From assembly GCF_963921235.1 (NCBI RefSeq), contig NC_086109.1, forward strand, positions 15,440,001-15,504,000: a stretch of 64,000 bases of DNA, in the 5' to 3' direction. Shown here piece after piece: positions 38,116 to 50,107 of the stretch. Position 1 is the first letter of the stretch. Every line of letters starts with the position of its first letter. The DNA is from Mobula hypostoma. Its lineage: Eukaryota. The notes below the pieces were generated by a model, which saw only the letters and a list, made by a program, of their open reading frames with translations, was not told the DNA's origin and searched no databases. The translations under genes were made by a program, and so were the position numbers.

Positions 38116-40391
38116 GATATTGAACCCACATACACTACAGTCAATGTTTTGGGCCGAGACCCTACACCAGGACGGTCCTGATGAAGGGTCTTGGCCCAAA
38201 ACGTTGATTGTTTATTCACCTCAATACATACTAAATGACTTGATAATTTATTTTTATGTTGAGCATTCAAGCCCTTACTACAGAGATTTCCCTCATTCTC
38301 CCCCTTCACTGCGAATGTCCTCTCGACTCTTCCAGTCTTTCCCCAATCTCCCTACATTCACCTCTTTAACCCACCATCTAATTATCCCAGCAGCAACCTT
38401 CACTTTTTCCAACAAGTCCTTCATCTATTCACCATACCTTTCTCAGTTTCCACACTGCACCACTCCTAAGTCATTCGCAGTGGAAGTTTCATCTCACCTG
38501 AGAGTCAATCTCTCTTTCCCTCAGTGACAGGAGATAATGGAGAAAAGGCTGTTTCTAGCACTCGCACTATGCCTCCAGCCTCATGCCTGGTAAAGTATTA
38601 GTGTCTTGGGATTCCTCACATACAACCTTTTCAGAGCATGTTTTCATCCACCAAAGAACTTACAGGTTGGGACCTTTCCTACCGTGTACGAAATCAGTGA
38701 ATGTGGTGAAAAAGCAAGAGATTTAGTTCTGAAGTGTACTTCCATTCACCTTGTGACTCAACTCCAAAAGAGAAGCTAATGTTATCAATAAACAACCAAG
38801 TAATTTGCGCTGTGGAGAGCAGATCACAAATTTTAATCTGGAGCTCTTGAAGAGGCATGTCAGAAGAGTCATTCTTCAAAAGCGATATTAACTCAAGGAC
38901 CCACCCTCCTGAGTGGTTGAACTACCCTTACCGTCCTACTGTCAGGCAGAAGGTACCACAGTATAAGATCAAGGACCGTTAGGCTGGGTAACAGCTTTTT
39001 CTCCCAGACAATGAGACTTCTGAACAACTTGCTACCACGTAGTAGTCTTATTTATGTCAGCATCAGTAGCATTATACTGTTGTAATTGCACTTTATGTCA
39101 ACTTGTATATCAACGGAATATTTTTATTATCTGTTAATGTTATTGTGTTAATACTATTGTTTTGTACTGTATGTGATTTATATACTGAGTTTTACACCTT
39201 GGTCCCAGAGGAATGTTGTTTCATTTAGCTGTATGCATGTGTATGGCTGAATGACAATAAACTTGAACTTAAGTAGCACAGTAGATTCTCCCCCCAACAA
39301 TGGGCCGACGTTGGCCATCAACCAGTGTTTATTCATTGAAAAAAGGATGACCTGTGTATTCATTCCAATGTTTATTTTGCGAAGAAAAGATAAGAGGTGT
39401 AGATCAAGTGGATTGCCAGAGACTTTTTTCCTAGGGCACAAATAGCTAATACGAGGGGGCGTGATTAGAGAAAAGCACAGGGAGAATGTCAGAGGGAGGT
39501 TTTATACAGAGAGAAGCGGGTGCATGGAACGCCTTCCTGGGGATGGTAGCGGGGCAGATACATTAGAGACTTCAAAGAAACTCTTAAGCAGGCACAGAGA
39601 TGATAGAAAAATGGAGGCTTATTTGGGAGGGAACGGAAAGATTGGTCTTCCGGTTGGTTAAAAGGACAGCACAACATCGTGGGCTGAAGGTCCTTTATGT
39701 TCTATACGTATATGCTGGCAGGATTCCAGCACTTTGGCAATGTGCAATCTTCAAATGTACTTCACTGGCCATGAAACGCTTTTGGCTATCTTAGTCATCA
39801 TATCAAAATTCTTTTAATGTGAGATGATCAGACTGGGACAGATGTATCATGTCATCAAAAGGACACTCTGGGCCATTATGTCTCTGCCGCAGGCCTTTTA
39901 CTGGAGATGACTGGAGTGCTATGAGGGATCAAGTCTCAAGGGAAGGTATAAACACAAGAGATTCTGCAGATGCTGAAAATCCAGAGTAACCGACTGAATC
40001 TGCTGCAAAAACTCAGCATCTAAGGAAATGAATAAACAGTCGACGTTTAGGGCTGAGGCCCTTTATCGGGAATGGAAAGGAAGGGGGAAGATGTCAGACT
40101 AGGGTGGTGAGGGGAGGGGAAGAAGTAAAAGCGAGTCCATTTTCACTCTCTCCATGTCTACACGTGCCCCCTCAGCACAGGGGCATTGGAAAACAGAGCT
40201 GAGATAACCCTCCATTGATATTGATTGTTCAATCAATTGATTGATATGGATCACTAAGGATCCCCACCACCCAGGACATGCCCTCTTCTCGATACTACTA
40301 TAAGAGAGAAGGTATAGGAGCCTGAAGGCACACACTTAACAGTTTAGGAACAGCCTGTTCCCCTCGGCCATCGATTTCTGAACAGACTATT

Positions 40392-41310
40392 CAAAGATTC
40401 AGAAGATTCAAAGTACAGAATACAACTCTAAAATGTGTCCTCCTGCGGGCAGCCATGAAACAATGAAACACCATGGAACCCGTTCAAGAAAACATCAAAT
40501 ACTCAACGCACAAAAAAAGAACAAATAGCGCAAAAAGCAAAACAAAGAACATGTAGAATATCAAACATCAAACCAAGAGTCCAGGGGTATTTGGTTTAGT
40601 TCAGTTCAGTGGCGTGCCACTAGCTCACAGCAGGCCGCAGTGCTGTTCTTTCCCAAAGTGCCCGAGTTTGCAACAATCACCATGACCAAACCGCTCAAAA
40701 TCAGCAAAAACAAGTAACCAGCATCTAGAAACACATGCGACCTGAACCTCAAAGTTCTCCAAATGAGTCCACAGCCTCACTGATCATTCCTTGCAATGCG
40801 GATTCCAAGACTCCTTTGACAATAGATAGCAAGAGGAAGAGGAAGACCGGTCGAACGCAGGGAGACGGCGCCAAACGCCCCCCATCCCCTGTTCTTGTCC
40901 TTGTCGACTTCAACCTTGCTCGTTGCCTCAATCAGAGAGAGGCAAAAGGGCTCAATAGAGAAAGGCAAAGAGGTCGATCATGGTGTCAATAGAGAAAGGC
41001 AAAGGGGTCAATCATGGTGTCAATAGAGAGAGGCAAAGGGGTCGATCATGGGCTCGCGCCCCACATTCAAACCTCCAAGCTTCCAGGTTGCACACTTCAC
41101 TCCAAACCTCACCGAACACCCTCGGAGGCAGCAAAGCACCAGATTGATCAACCGGCCCTAAACACACCATAAAAATGTAAAGCACAGGTTCCAATCATAT
41201 GCAGCTTAATAGTAGAATCACATTTGAAAGAAAAAGAAGAAAAAGAAAAAAGTTTCATGAACTGTCTGCAGGACATCGCCGCTGGTCATGTTGTTCACTG
41301 GCGCCATCTT
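40392..41310 (-). mobile_element. AAGATGGCG-head non-autonomous retroposon with internal 33-bp tandem repeat
   Basis: Ends ctggcgccatctt at 41310; (tcaatagagaaaggcaaaggggtcgatcatggtg)x3 at ~40952-41050; splits a Rex1 3' end. Confidence 0.7.
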
Positions 41311-43591
41311 AAAGTCCATGAACACTACCTCACTATTTGGGCTCCTTTTTGCATTATTATTTCTCTTTTTTATATACATTTCTTATTATAATTCAATAGC
41401 ATATTTATGTAATGCACTGTACTGCTGCCTCAAAACAACAAATTTTACGACACGTTAGTGGTAATAGCCCGATTCTGATTAAGTACTTTATTTATTGCAC
41501 AATTAGATATTGGTGGTTGAAATTTACTCAGATATATTTGTACTGAACTATCCTGATGAAGGGTCTCAGCCCATTGCATCAACTCACTATTCCTATTCAC
41601 AGTTGCTGCCTGACCTGCTGAGGTCCTCCAGCATTTTGAGTGTGTTGTTCTAGATTTCCAGCACCTTCAGAGTCTCCTGTGTTCAGTATTTGTCTTGTCA
41701 TTTTTTTTTAAGTTGGAGGTCATGTTTGGTCAAGCTGAAGTGTATTGGGCAGGTAGTCTTGGGATTTCTGAGTACCTTGGTTCTGGATCTTGCAAGCTTT
41801 TCATTGACCTGGAACACAGTCTTTGTAATTAGTTAATCCATGAATCACTGCCTGTAATTACACAGGTCTCGGCCTTTGTAATTACTAATTGGCCTGCATT
41901 CCAAATTCTGTGATTTCTTGATACTGTACATCATAGGGACTGTAATTACTGTATGTAATTGATCCTAGACTCTGTGATTATTGAGTATTAGGGATTCCAG
42001 GGTACATTTATTTGGTAACCTTACCTGGTTCAGCTGTGTATGGGGAGAACCAGAAGTAATGGCTTATCAATTGGTGAGGGAGGATGAGGAGGGATGTGTT
42101 GTGGTTCAGGGTGGTGGGGCCCAATGTTGCAGCTAAATACATTAGTTACTTTGCTGGCCTTCCAGTCACCCTAACAGATACCCTCACCACAAACTGTCCT
42201 GCAAGACACTGTCACGAGAATGGTGGACACCCGTGTGACACTAATGCAGAATCGCACCGGAATTTCAAGACTGTCTGGTGCTGTTGAATTTTCCTAGTAG
42301 TGCAAACTGAGTCAATGCTGGTTCACTGAATAAAAATGATTTCTATTTGAAGAATGCTGTGAAGGTACACAGAGTCATACAACAGAGAAGCAGCCCAACT
42401 GGTCTGAGATTCCTATCTAAGTTAGTCCAATTTTTTCTGCATTTAGCCCATATCCCTCTGAACCTTTCTTACCAATGTACCCTGCCAAATTCCTTTTATA
42501 TACTGTTAATGTACTTGCCTCAATCACTTCCTGTGGCAGCTCAGGTCCTGTGATTACCCAATACCTCAGGTCTGAGATCCTGCAATCATCCTGTATGATG
42601 GCTTTTCACACCCTGCTTTCAAAATAAGATGATAATCCATTCTTTTGTGGAAGGAGGTAGGTTCTAGTAAGAGAAGAGGGGCTAAAGTGGAGGGGGATCC
42701 AGGTCACAGTGCTTGGAGAAGGACCAACTGAAGTCAACACAAACTTACTAGTTGCCATCAGCTATAGCCTGAGTGCATTCAGCTCATGGTAAACATCGTT
42801 CTTGCTATCTTATTTGGCTTGGCATTGCACGTCCCCAGGAGTTCAGATAGGAGGTCTCAGAATTGTGTTTTATTTAGAATTATGAATGTGCTTTATGGAA
42901 TGTTGTGCATCTTGCAATCTGTCTAAATCAATCTGTTGGTACTTTTCTAATCACTGCTGAGTCAGACTGCCAGGAAAAGTGGGCTGAAATAAATCCAAAG
43001 ATCACTGGTTTTAACACTTTGCAGTTGGTGGAAAATGAAAGATTTTCGCTGCATCAGTCATATGATTATTGGATTATTGCAGCAGGCCAGCTAGGCCTCT
43101 GCGTCCATCCCAGTTTTCTATAGTTATTTCCATGCCTCACAGATCTTTTCCCACATCGCTGTAAACTAGTTGCACTTGTGCCTAACTAGTTCTCTTTTGA
43201 TGCCCTAACTGATAGAGTCTGCTTCTATCACCTTCGCAAGCCATGAGTTCCAAGTTATCCCCAATCCCTGCATAATAAAGTTTTTCCTTGTATCCCCATG
43301 AGATTAGTTACAAAGAAAAGAAGGTCACATACAGTAGAACAGAAGATAGGCTACTGCTCAGGCATAGAGTCTTTTAAAGTGTGTTTTCAAGAGAGTGCAG
43401 AAATCTGCGTAGGTGAAGAGTGGTAATTCAATGTGGTGTTGATATTTTAAAATATTGGGGTTGAATTACTAAACAGGACCAGCAGCTGCAGCAAGACAAC
43501 TTTTAAGTTTGAAGAACGGAGAAAATAAAACCTCAAAGAAACAATAGCCAAGAGTGGAAATTGAAATGTCTACTAAAATATCAACAATATA

Positions 43592-44083
43592 TACTCAGTG
43601 GCCACTTTATGAAGTATACCTGTACACCTGCTTATTAATGCAAATATCTAACCAGTCAATCATGTGGAAGCAACTCAACGCATAAAAGCATGCAGACATG
43701 GTCAAGGGATTCAGTTGTTGCTCAGACCAAACATTATAATGGGGAAGAAATGTGATCTAAGTGACTCTGTCCCATCGAATCATTGTTTGTGCCAGATGGG
43801 GTGGTTTGAGTATCCCAGAAACTGCTGACCTCCTGTGAGCATCAGCTCTGTGGGAGGAAACACCTTGTTAATGAGAGAGGTCAGGGGAGACTGTCCAGAC
43901 TGGTTCAAACTGATAGGAATGTGACAGTAACTCAGATAATCATGAATTATAACAGTGGTGTGTAGAAGAGCATCTCTGAATGCACAACACGCTGAACGTT
44001 GAAGTGGATGGGCTACAGCAGCAGAAGACCATGAACATACATTCACTGGTACAAGAGGTATCTAGTAAAGTGGACACCGAATG
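43592..44083 (+). mobile_element. Tc1/mariner non-autonomous deletion derivative
   Basis: TIRs tactcagtggccactttat / gtaaagtggacaccgaatg; decayed transposase N-terminus MGKKCDLSD...ISETADLL...LVNERGQ..LSRLVQ...KSISECTTR.TLKWMGYSSRRP. Confidence 0.85.
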
Positions 44084-45229
44084 TTGATGGGACCAAGAAA
44101 GATATTCTGATGAGGTAGTAAGTGCTGGAATCAGTCAGCATCAGTGGGGATAAAACAAAAGATTGTTTTGTGGCAATGTCCTTCCAGGTAATGAAAGGCC
44201 ATTGACTTGAACTGTTTGTCTATCCATTGATGCTGTCTGACTTGCTGAGTGCTTCCAGCATTTTCTGCTTTCAATTTGGATTTCCAAGATCTGGGTTTGC
44301 CTTTTGTAAAGGGATCAGCTGGAGGCAAAATCGAAGAGCAGAACCACAATGGTAATAATCTCTATGCAATCTGTGAAAAATGGCTTTTGATCCATGGGTT
44401 TCCACACCTGTACTGGAAAAAGAAGGAGGTGTTCTACTGGGGCTGGCACCTGTCATACCAGTGTAAAATTGAGCAAGGGTAACAGACAAAATACTGGAAA
44501 AAACCATCAGTTCAGGCAGTGCCTGAGGAGGGAAATGCATTGTTGATGCTTTGGGATGAGATCCTTCATCCCAGCTTTCAGCCCAGTTGAAGGGTGTGGA
44601 AATGAAAAGTCATCTCTATTTTTCCCTCCACAAATTCTGCCTGACCTGCTGAGTTCCTTCAACATTTTGTGTGTTGCTTCAGATTCCAATAACTATAGTC
44701 ACCCGTGTCTATAAATAACAAGGGTTGTGAATAGGGCTATACATTAAATATACAGGGAAGGGGAGTGGGTGAGGGGGAACTTAGTATGTAGAAGAGAAAG
44801 GACAAAGCCATGTGTAGGTTGCATTGTGGGCAGTGAGTTCTATGATAGGACAAAAAGGGACTGAGCACGCAAACAGAAGAATGTCTTTGCAAATAGAGAC
44901 AAAGTTTAAAAAAAAGATTAAAGGCAATTTATCTGAAGGCACACAGGACTTGTTACAACTGGGAAAATTAATAGCACAGCTAAAAGAAATAGATACAATC
45001 TGATTTCTATTGTAGAGATATAGTGATGACAAATTAACTTATTAGAACACAGGACGTTAGGGCACCATACAGTCCCGTTGGCTCACAACGTAGTGGCAAC
45101 CTTTAACCTGCACTAAGATCAATCTAACCCATTGTTCCCACATAGCCCTCCATTTTTCTATTATATGTTTGCCTATCTAAAGTATTTTAAAATCCTCTAA
45201 TGGTTGTTGGGGTGGAGATACTTCTCTAC

Positions 45230-46089
45230 TGTTACGTACCCCGTAACTGGGTTGCCAAACCAGCAGAAATGGATCACTCAGTTGGAGTCTGGAGTACTAG
45301 AACTAAGAAAGTTTTATTAAAGAAACAAGCCACACAGTAATCGAAAGGATAATAAATGCAACAGTTCAGTGATGATAAACACACATGTGCACAGCATTAA
45401 GATAACAGCATCAATCAAGCTCTATCGTTGTCTAGGGGTAAATGACCAAATTTCAAAATGACTCAAAGTTCAGTCCAGTTAGTAGTTCAGTTCGCAGTAA
45501 TCGTTGCCATGGCGATGGACAACGTGCGGGAAGAGAGACAGAGAGAACAGGAACAACTCATCATTCAGCACAGCTTCACTCACAGATCAGCGAGATTGCT
45601 CACAAGCAACTTTTGGGCGGGTCCTTGGTGATGTCACCTGAGGTCACCGACTGTGACCCCTCCTCCAGATGCGGTCGATCCTCTGCAGTGAACCCGGCAC
45701 CCAGGCAAGGGCGGACACACACCGGGTTCCCACTGATCGTACCTTTCCACCCTTGTCGTTGTCTGGTGCTTCTCACCCACTCGTGAGAGGCGCACCGCTT
45801 CCAGGGTCTTGTTACCTCGGGTGGCGTGTGTCTGTCTTAGCGAACCTGTCCCTTTTTATCCCCCTGCTGGGGTATCGCCTGTCCATCACATCAAACAGTT
45901 CAAGGTTCAAAGAGGGGAGCCGCTCCAGACAGCTCTCTCTCCCACATCCCTTCATTACACATCTCCAGACGCTGCTCCATTGTTCCTTATCTCTCCTTCC
46001 ACTGAGGGCAGGTGGCAGACCAACTGCTGATGCCACTGATGCTAGCCCAGGCCAGCAAACATCTTAATTTTATGTGTATTCTCGTAACA
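45230..46089 (-). repeat. 3' LTR (860 bp)
   Basis: Near-identical to 49246-50107; minus-strand AATAAA at 45313-45318. Confidence 0.95.
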
Positions 46090-46101
46090 CTTCCCCCCTT
46101 T
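46090..46101 (-). other. Polypurine tract
   Basis: Minus strand AAAGGGGGGAAG directly upstream of the 3' LTR. Confidence 0.9.
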
Positions 46102-46261
46102 AAGGATTTTTACCGGGAGGTAAAAATTACAAACATGACTACATTATTTGATACATACACAATGTACATCTTTATCAGCTATTTGGCTAACACAGCGAGT
46201 TTGAAGCTGTCAACACCTTGACAGACAGTCATCACACTTTCTGTTCCTTTTACACGTGTTA

Positions 46262-49147
46262 TTAATAATCCCTTAGACCAGGCTCCAACTCAGCAAACTT
46301 CATAGTGGCCAAAAACACTGATGAATTGCGACCAATGTAACCTCTCATTTGGTTTTGTCCCGGACCACAACAACAAGGGTCGTCCCATTCCGGCTCAGTT
46401 TTCTCTCGCAAGGGCTTAGTAGGAGGGGGACGGGTATTGACCGCAGAGTTACTGCAAAATTTCCTGCAGTACCCCACCATCTCCAAAAGCCTTCTGAGGG
46501 CCCTCTTATCTGTCGGGGTTGGGAGGTCAGCGATAGCCTGCAGTGTAGCTTGCATCGCTGCCAGCTGCCCCTGTGTCACCACAATTTCCAGGTAAGTGAC
46601 CCTCGTGTGGCCGAATTCATTTTTTTCAAGGTTCACTATCAAGCTGGCTTCAGACAGCCGTATTAAATTGCCAATACACACCTCTGTGGTCATCAGCCCT
46701 TTAGTCACTGAATTACTCGAAAAATATGGGAGTTGTTTACTTGGCTGCCCTATTGTAACCACAATCACCCAACGTCCCAGTTCTTTGCATTTCCTCGGGA
46801 CAATCAAACACATAGGTGCGAGTCGTTTAATTACTCCTTCTAAAGATTCGCTTTGTTCGGGGATTAAGGGAGAGACCTTATCAGTAGACCTGGCCAAAAC
46901 AATAGCCTTCTCCCATCTGACCGATCCCATCCTAATCTTTTCAAAATGGTTTTTTCCTCTTATCAAGGGGCCCCTAGCTTCATTGATTTCCAAGCTAACA
47001 CCGACTAGGTTTGTTAGCATATCAAAAGCCGGTGACCGTCTCAGTTCGCGTCGGTCATGATCAATAACATTTTTCCCCCTGGGCAGCCGGTAACTCTCTT
47101 TCATGATTCCACCAACTGTTTCCTCCAGCACCGCAAAATGTCCACCGGGGGGTACCTCGTGGGTCATGTTAAAAACCTCATCCCCATAACTCTTTTGCAC
47201 CACCCCCCACTCCTCATCTGCGGATACTGTCCTTGATTTCCCTTTCTTCCTTAGCACTTCCTCATCCGCACAATAGCCTACTAGTTCCCTTGTCAAGGCT
47301 GTGTCAGAGAGAGCGGTCTCGGCAAAAACCATCAGCCCCTCGTCTCGCTCCTGCGTCTGCACAAATTCTTTCCTGGCTACTGCTACGTCCGTCCCAGCTC
47401 CCTCACTACCTCTTATCTCACTACACCCTGTCTCATACAAGGTTGGCAGAAATGTTTCAGCCAAATTCACCATCGCGGGTGGGGCCTCCATGCTGGCAGG
47501 CTGACCCGTCAATCTCACGACTGGGAACACGATTCCTCCGGCGATGTCATTACCGAGCAAGACTTCCACGTCTTTCATCGGTAATTCGAACCTCACCCCG
47601 ATCGTGACTACTCCAGAGACCAGGTTGCTCTGTAAGTGTATCTGGTGCAAAGGGACTGACTCTGTCCCTTCCCCAACACCTTTGACCTCTACCTCCCCAG
47701 TCTGGGTCTCTGAGCTAAACTCTAATACACTCTTCAGTATTAGTGACTGACACGCTCCCGTGTCTCTCCAGATCCGCACTGGAACTGGTTTTAACCTCTC
47801 CTTCACTGACACCAGTCCGGCCGAGATAAACCTCTCGCGCCCTTCCTGGACTTTTTCAGACCTGTCCTTCCCTAGCGGTTCGCTTAACAGCTCAATACAG
47901 CCATTCAAAATTTCCGCTTTTCCTTTCCCCGTCTCCTTCCTTGGGGCAAAGCACCTGGACACAAAGTGTCCGACTTTCCCACAATTATAACAGACGACCC
48001 CAGGAGACTTCCTACCAGACTGCTCCCGGTCTACCTTATCCTTTTCACTAGTCCCCGGCTTACTTTCTGACTTTTCCGGTGGACTCTCCCCGCCGTCCTG
48101 ACTACCCTTCTGGTAGCCTTTACTCGGGGCAAACTTCATTTTATGCGTCAACGCATACTCATCTGCTAACTTAGCAGTTGCGGCTAACGTGGCTGTCTCT
48201 TTCTCATCGAGGTAGGGTCTCATACCCTCAGGGACACAACCTTTAAACTGCTCAATCAGAATCAGCTGCAGCAGTCTGTCATAATCCCCCTCTACCCCTT
48301 TCGAGGCGCACCAACGCTCACAATATGTTTGCATCTCACGAGCAAACTCCAAATACGTGCGGTCCCACCGCTTCCTCGCATTCCGGAACCTCTGCCGGTA
48401 TGCCTCCGGGACCAACTCATAAATCCTGAGGATGGCCTCCTTCACCACCTCATACCTCTGGGCATCTTCCGCGGACAAAGCTGAGTAAGCTTCTTGGGCC
48501 TTCCCTTTCAGTACACTCTGAAGTAAAACAACCCACTTATCCCTCGGCCAGTCCTGACTTATAGCCACTTTTTCGAAGTGGAGGAAGTACCGATCCACAT
48601 CGGTATCGTCAAATGGGGGAACCAGCCTAACCTCCTGGGTCGCCCGGAACCCTCCACCTTGGTTCGGCACGAACCCCTGCTCGGCCCTTATCTTTAACTT
48701 CTCCAGCTCAAATTCCCTTTCCCTCTGTTTCTCTTCTCTCTCCAACTGTCTCTCTCTCTCTTGCCTTTCTACCTCTTTCTCTTTCTCCCGCCTTTCTAAC
48801 TCTCTCTCTTTCTCCCGCCTTTCTAACTCTCTCTCCTGCCTTTCTAACTGTCTCTCTTCGTGTTCTAACTGCCGTACCCGGAACTCGTGCTCGAGTCTCA
48901 GTTTTTCAAGCTGTACCTGTACCGCGTCTCCAGCAGGTTTTTCAATAGACACCTCCCCCAGCTCACCTTGGGGAAACACACCTTTAGATACATAGTGCTC
49001 TACAATAGCTCTGTGTATCTCCTCTCTCCTGATTGTCGACTTCACCTTGGCAAGATTCACCCGTTTGGCCACAGCTATCAATTCCGATTTCCTGGCATCC
49101 TCTAATGCCTCCAAGGTCGGCGCCTTTATAAATTCCTCAACCTCCAT
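46262..49147 (-). CDS. gag-pol: 961-aa Gag (coiled-coil, SCAN-like capsid, CCHC knuckle)-aspartic protease fused to degenerate IN/RT/RNase H remnants
   Basis: YELVPEAYRQRFR...LILIEQF...LADEY (SCAN-like); CYNCGKVGHFVSRC; RDTGACQS and LLGND (protease); HEVPPGGH (IN zinc region); VNLEKNEFG...YL...PTPTDKRALRRLLEMVGYCRKF (RT C-terminus). Confidence 0.9.
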   Translation of the reverse strand: MEVEEFIKAPTLEALEDARKSELIAVAKRVNLAKVKSTIRREEIHRAIVEHYVSKGVFPQGELGEVSIEKPAGDAVQVQLEKLRLEHEFRVRQLEHEERQLERQERELERREKERELERREKEKEVERQERERQLEREEKQREREFELEKLKIRAEQGFVPNQGGGFRATQEVRLVPPFDDTDVDRYFLHFEKVAISQDWPRDKWVVLLQSVLKGKAQEAYSALSAEDAQRYEVVKEAILRIYELVPEAYRQRFRNARKRWDRTYLEFAREMQTYCERWCASKGVEGDYDRLLQLILIEQFKGCVPEGMRPYLDEKETATLAATAKLADEYALTHKMKFAPSKGYQKGSQDGGESPPEKSESKPGTSEKDKVDREQSGRKSPGVVCYNCGKVGHFVSRCFAPRKETGKGKAEILNGCIELLSEPLGKDRSEKVQEGRERFISAGLVSVKERLKPVPVRIWRDTGACQSLILKSVLEFSSETQTGEVEVKGVGEGTESVPLHQIHLQSNLVSGVVTIGVRFELPMKDVEVLLGNDIAGGIVFPVVRLTGQPASMEAPPAMVNLAETFLPTLYETGCSEIRGSEGAGTDVAVARKEFVQTQERDEGLMVFAETALSDTALTRELVGYCADEEVLRKKGKSRTVSADEEWGVVQKSYGDEVFNMTHEVPPGGHFAVLEETVGGIMKESYRLPRGKNVIDHDRRELRRSPAFDMLTNLVGVSLEINEARGPLIRGKNHFEKIRMGSVRWEKAIVLARSTDKVSPLIPEQSESLEGVIKRLAPMCLIVPRKCKELGRWVIVVTIGQPSKQLPYFSSNSVTKGLMTTEVCIGNLIRLSEASLIVNLEKNEFGHTRVTYLEIVVTQGQLAAMQATLQAIADLPTPTDKRALRRLLEMVGYCRKFCSNSAVNTRPPPTKPLREKTEPEWDDPCCCGPGQNQMRGYIGRNSSVFLATMKFAELEPGLRDY

Positions 49148-49223
49148 TTCTGCTGTTTGTCTTTTCTTTCTTTCGGGAATTTTAACCCAATCAATTTACT
49201 CCGTCCCAAATTTAGCGTTCAAA

Positions 49224-49241
49224 ATCCCGGACGAGCCCCCA
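49224..49241 (-). other. Primer-binding site for tRNA-Pro
   Basis: Minus strand TGGGGGCTCGTCCGGGAT, identical to the canonical 18-nt tRNA-Pro PBS, 4 nt from the 5' LTR. Confidence 0.95.
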
Positions 49242-49245
49242 CTTA

Positions 49246-50107
49246 TGTTACGTACCCCGTAACTGGGTTGCCAAACCAGCAGAAATGGATCACTCAGTTG
49301 GAGTCTGGAGTACTAGAACTAAGAAAGTTTTATTAAAGAAACAAGCCACACAGTAATCGAAAGGATAATAAATGCAACAGTTCAGTGATGATAAACACAC
49401 ATGTGCACAGCATTAAGATAACAGCATCAATCAAGCTCTATCGTTGTCTAGGGGTAAATGACCAAATTTCAAAATGACTCAAAGTTCAGTCCAGTTAGTA
49501 GTTCAGTTCGCAGTAATCGTTGCCATGGCGATGGACAACGTGCGGGAAGAGAGACAGAGAGAACAGGAACAACTCATCATTCAGCACAGCTTCACTCACA
49601 GATCAGCGAGATTGCTCACAAGCAACTTTTGGGCGGGTCCTTGGTGATGTCACCTGAGGTCACCGACTGTGACCCCTCCTCCAGATGCGGTCGATCCTCT
49701 GCAGTGAACCCGGCACCCAGGCAAGGGCGGACACACACCGGGTTCCCGCTGATCGTACCTTTCCACCCTTGTCGTTGTCTGGTGCTTCTCACCCACTTGT
49801 GAGAGGCGCACCGCTTCCGGGGTCTCGTTACCTCGGGTGGCGTGTGTCCCTGTCTTAGCGAACCTGTCCCTTTTTATCCCCCTGCTGGGGTATCGCCTGT
49901 CCATCACATCAAACAGTTCAAGGTTCAAAGAGGGGAGCCGCTCCAGACAGCTCTCTCTCCCACATCCCTTCATTACACATCTCCAGACGCTGCTCCATTG
50001 TTCCTTATCTCTCCTTCCCCTGAGGGCAGGTGGCAGACCAACTGCTGATGCCACTGATGCTAGCCCAGGCCAGCAAACATCTTAATTTTATGTGTATTCT
50101 CGTAACA
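49246..50107 (-). repeat. 5' LTR (862 bp)
   Basis: Adjacent to the PBS; TATA-like GATAAAAA on the minus strand at ~49871-49878. Confidence 0.95.

Larger units (their letters stand above)
45230..50107 (-). mobile_element. Gmr1-like Ty3/Gypsy LTR retrotransposon, internally deleted, 4878 bp
   Basis: Two LTRs TGTTAC..GTAACA; TSD CTAC (45226-45229, 50108-50111); PBS; PPT; single gag-pro-pol-remnant ORF. Confidence 0.95.

Noticed and set aside
45442..46067. Duplicated 114-134 aa ORFs (also at 49458-50085)
   Set aside because: They lie inside the LTRs, have no recognisable domain, and are duplicated only because the LTR is
46262..49147. Domesticated host SCAN/Gag gene, or endogenous retrovirus (MLV-like PBS)
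   Set aside because: Flanked by near-identical LTRs with a TSD, so a recent insertion; Gag/PR are Gypsy-type and there is no env
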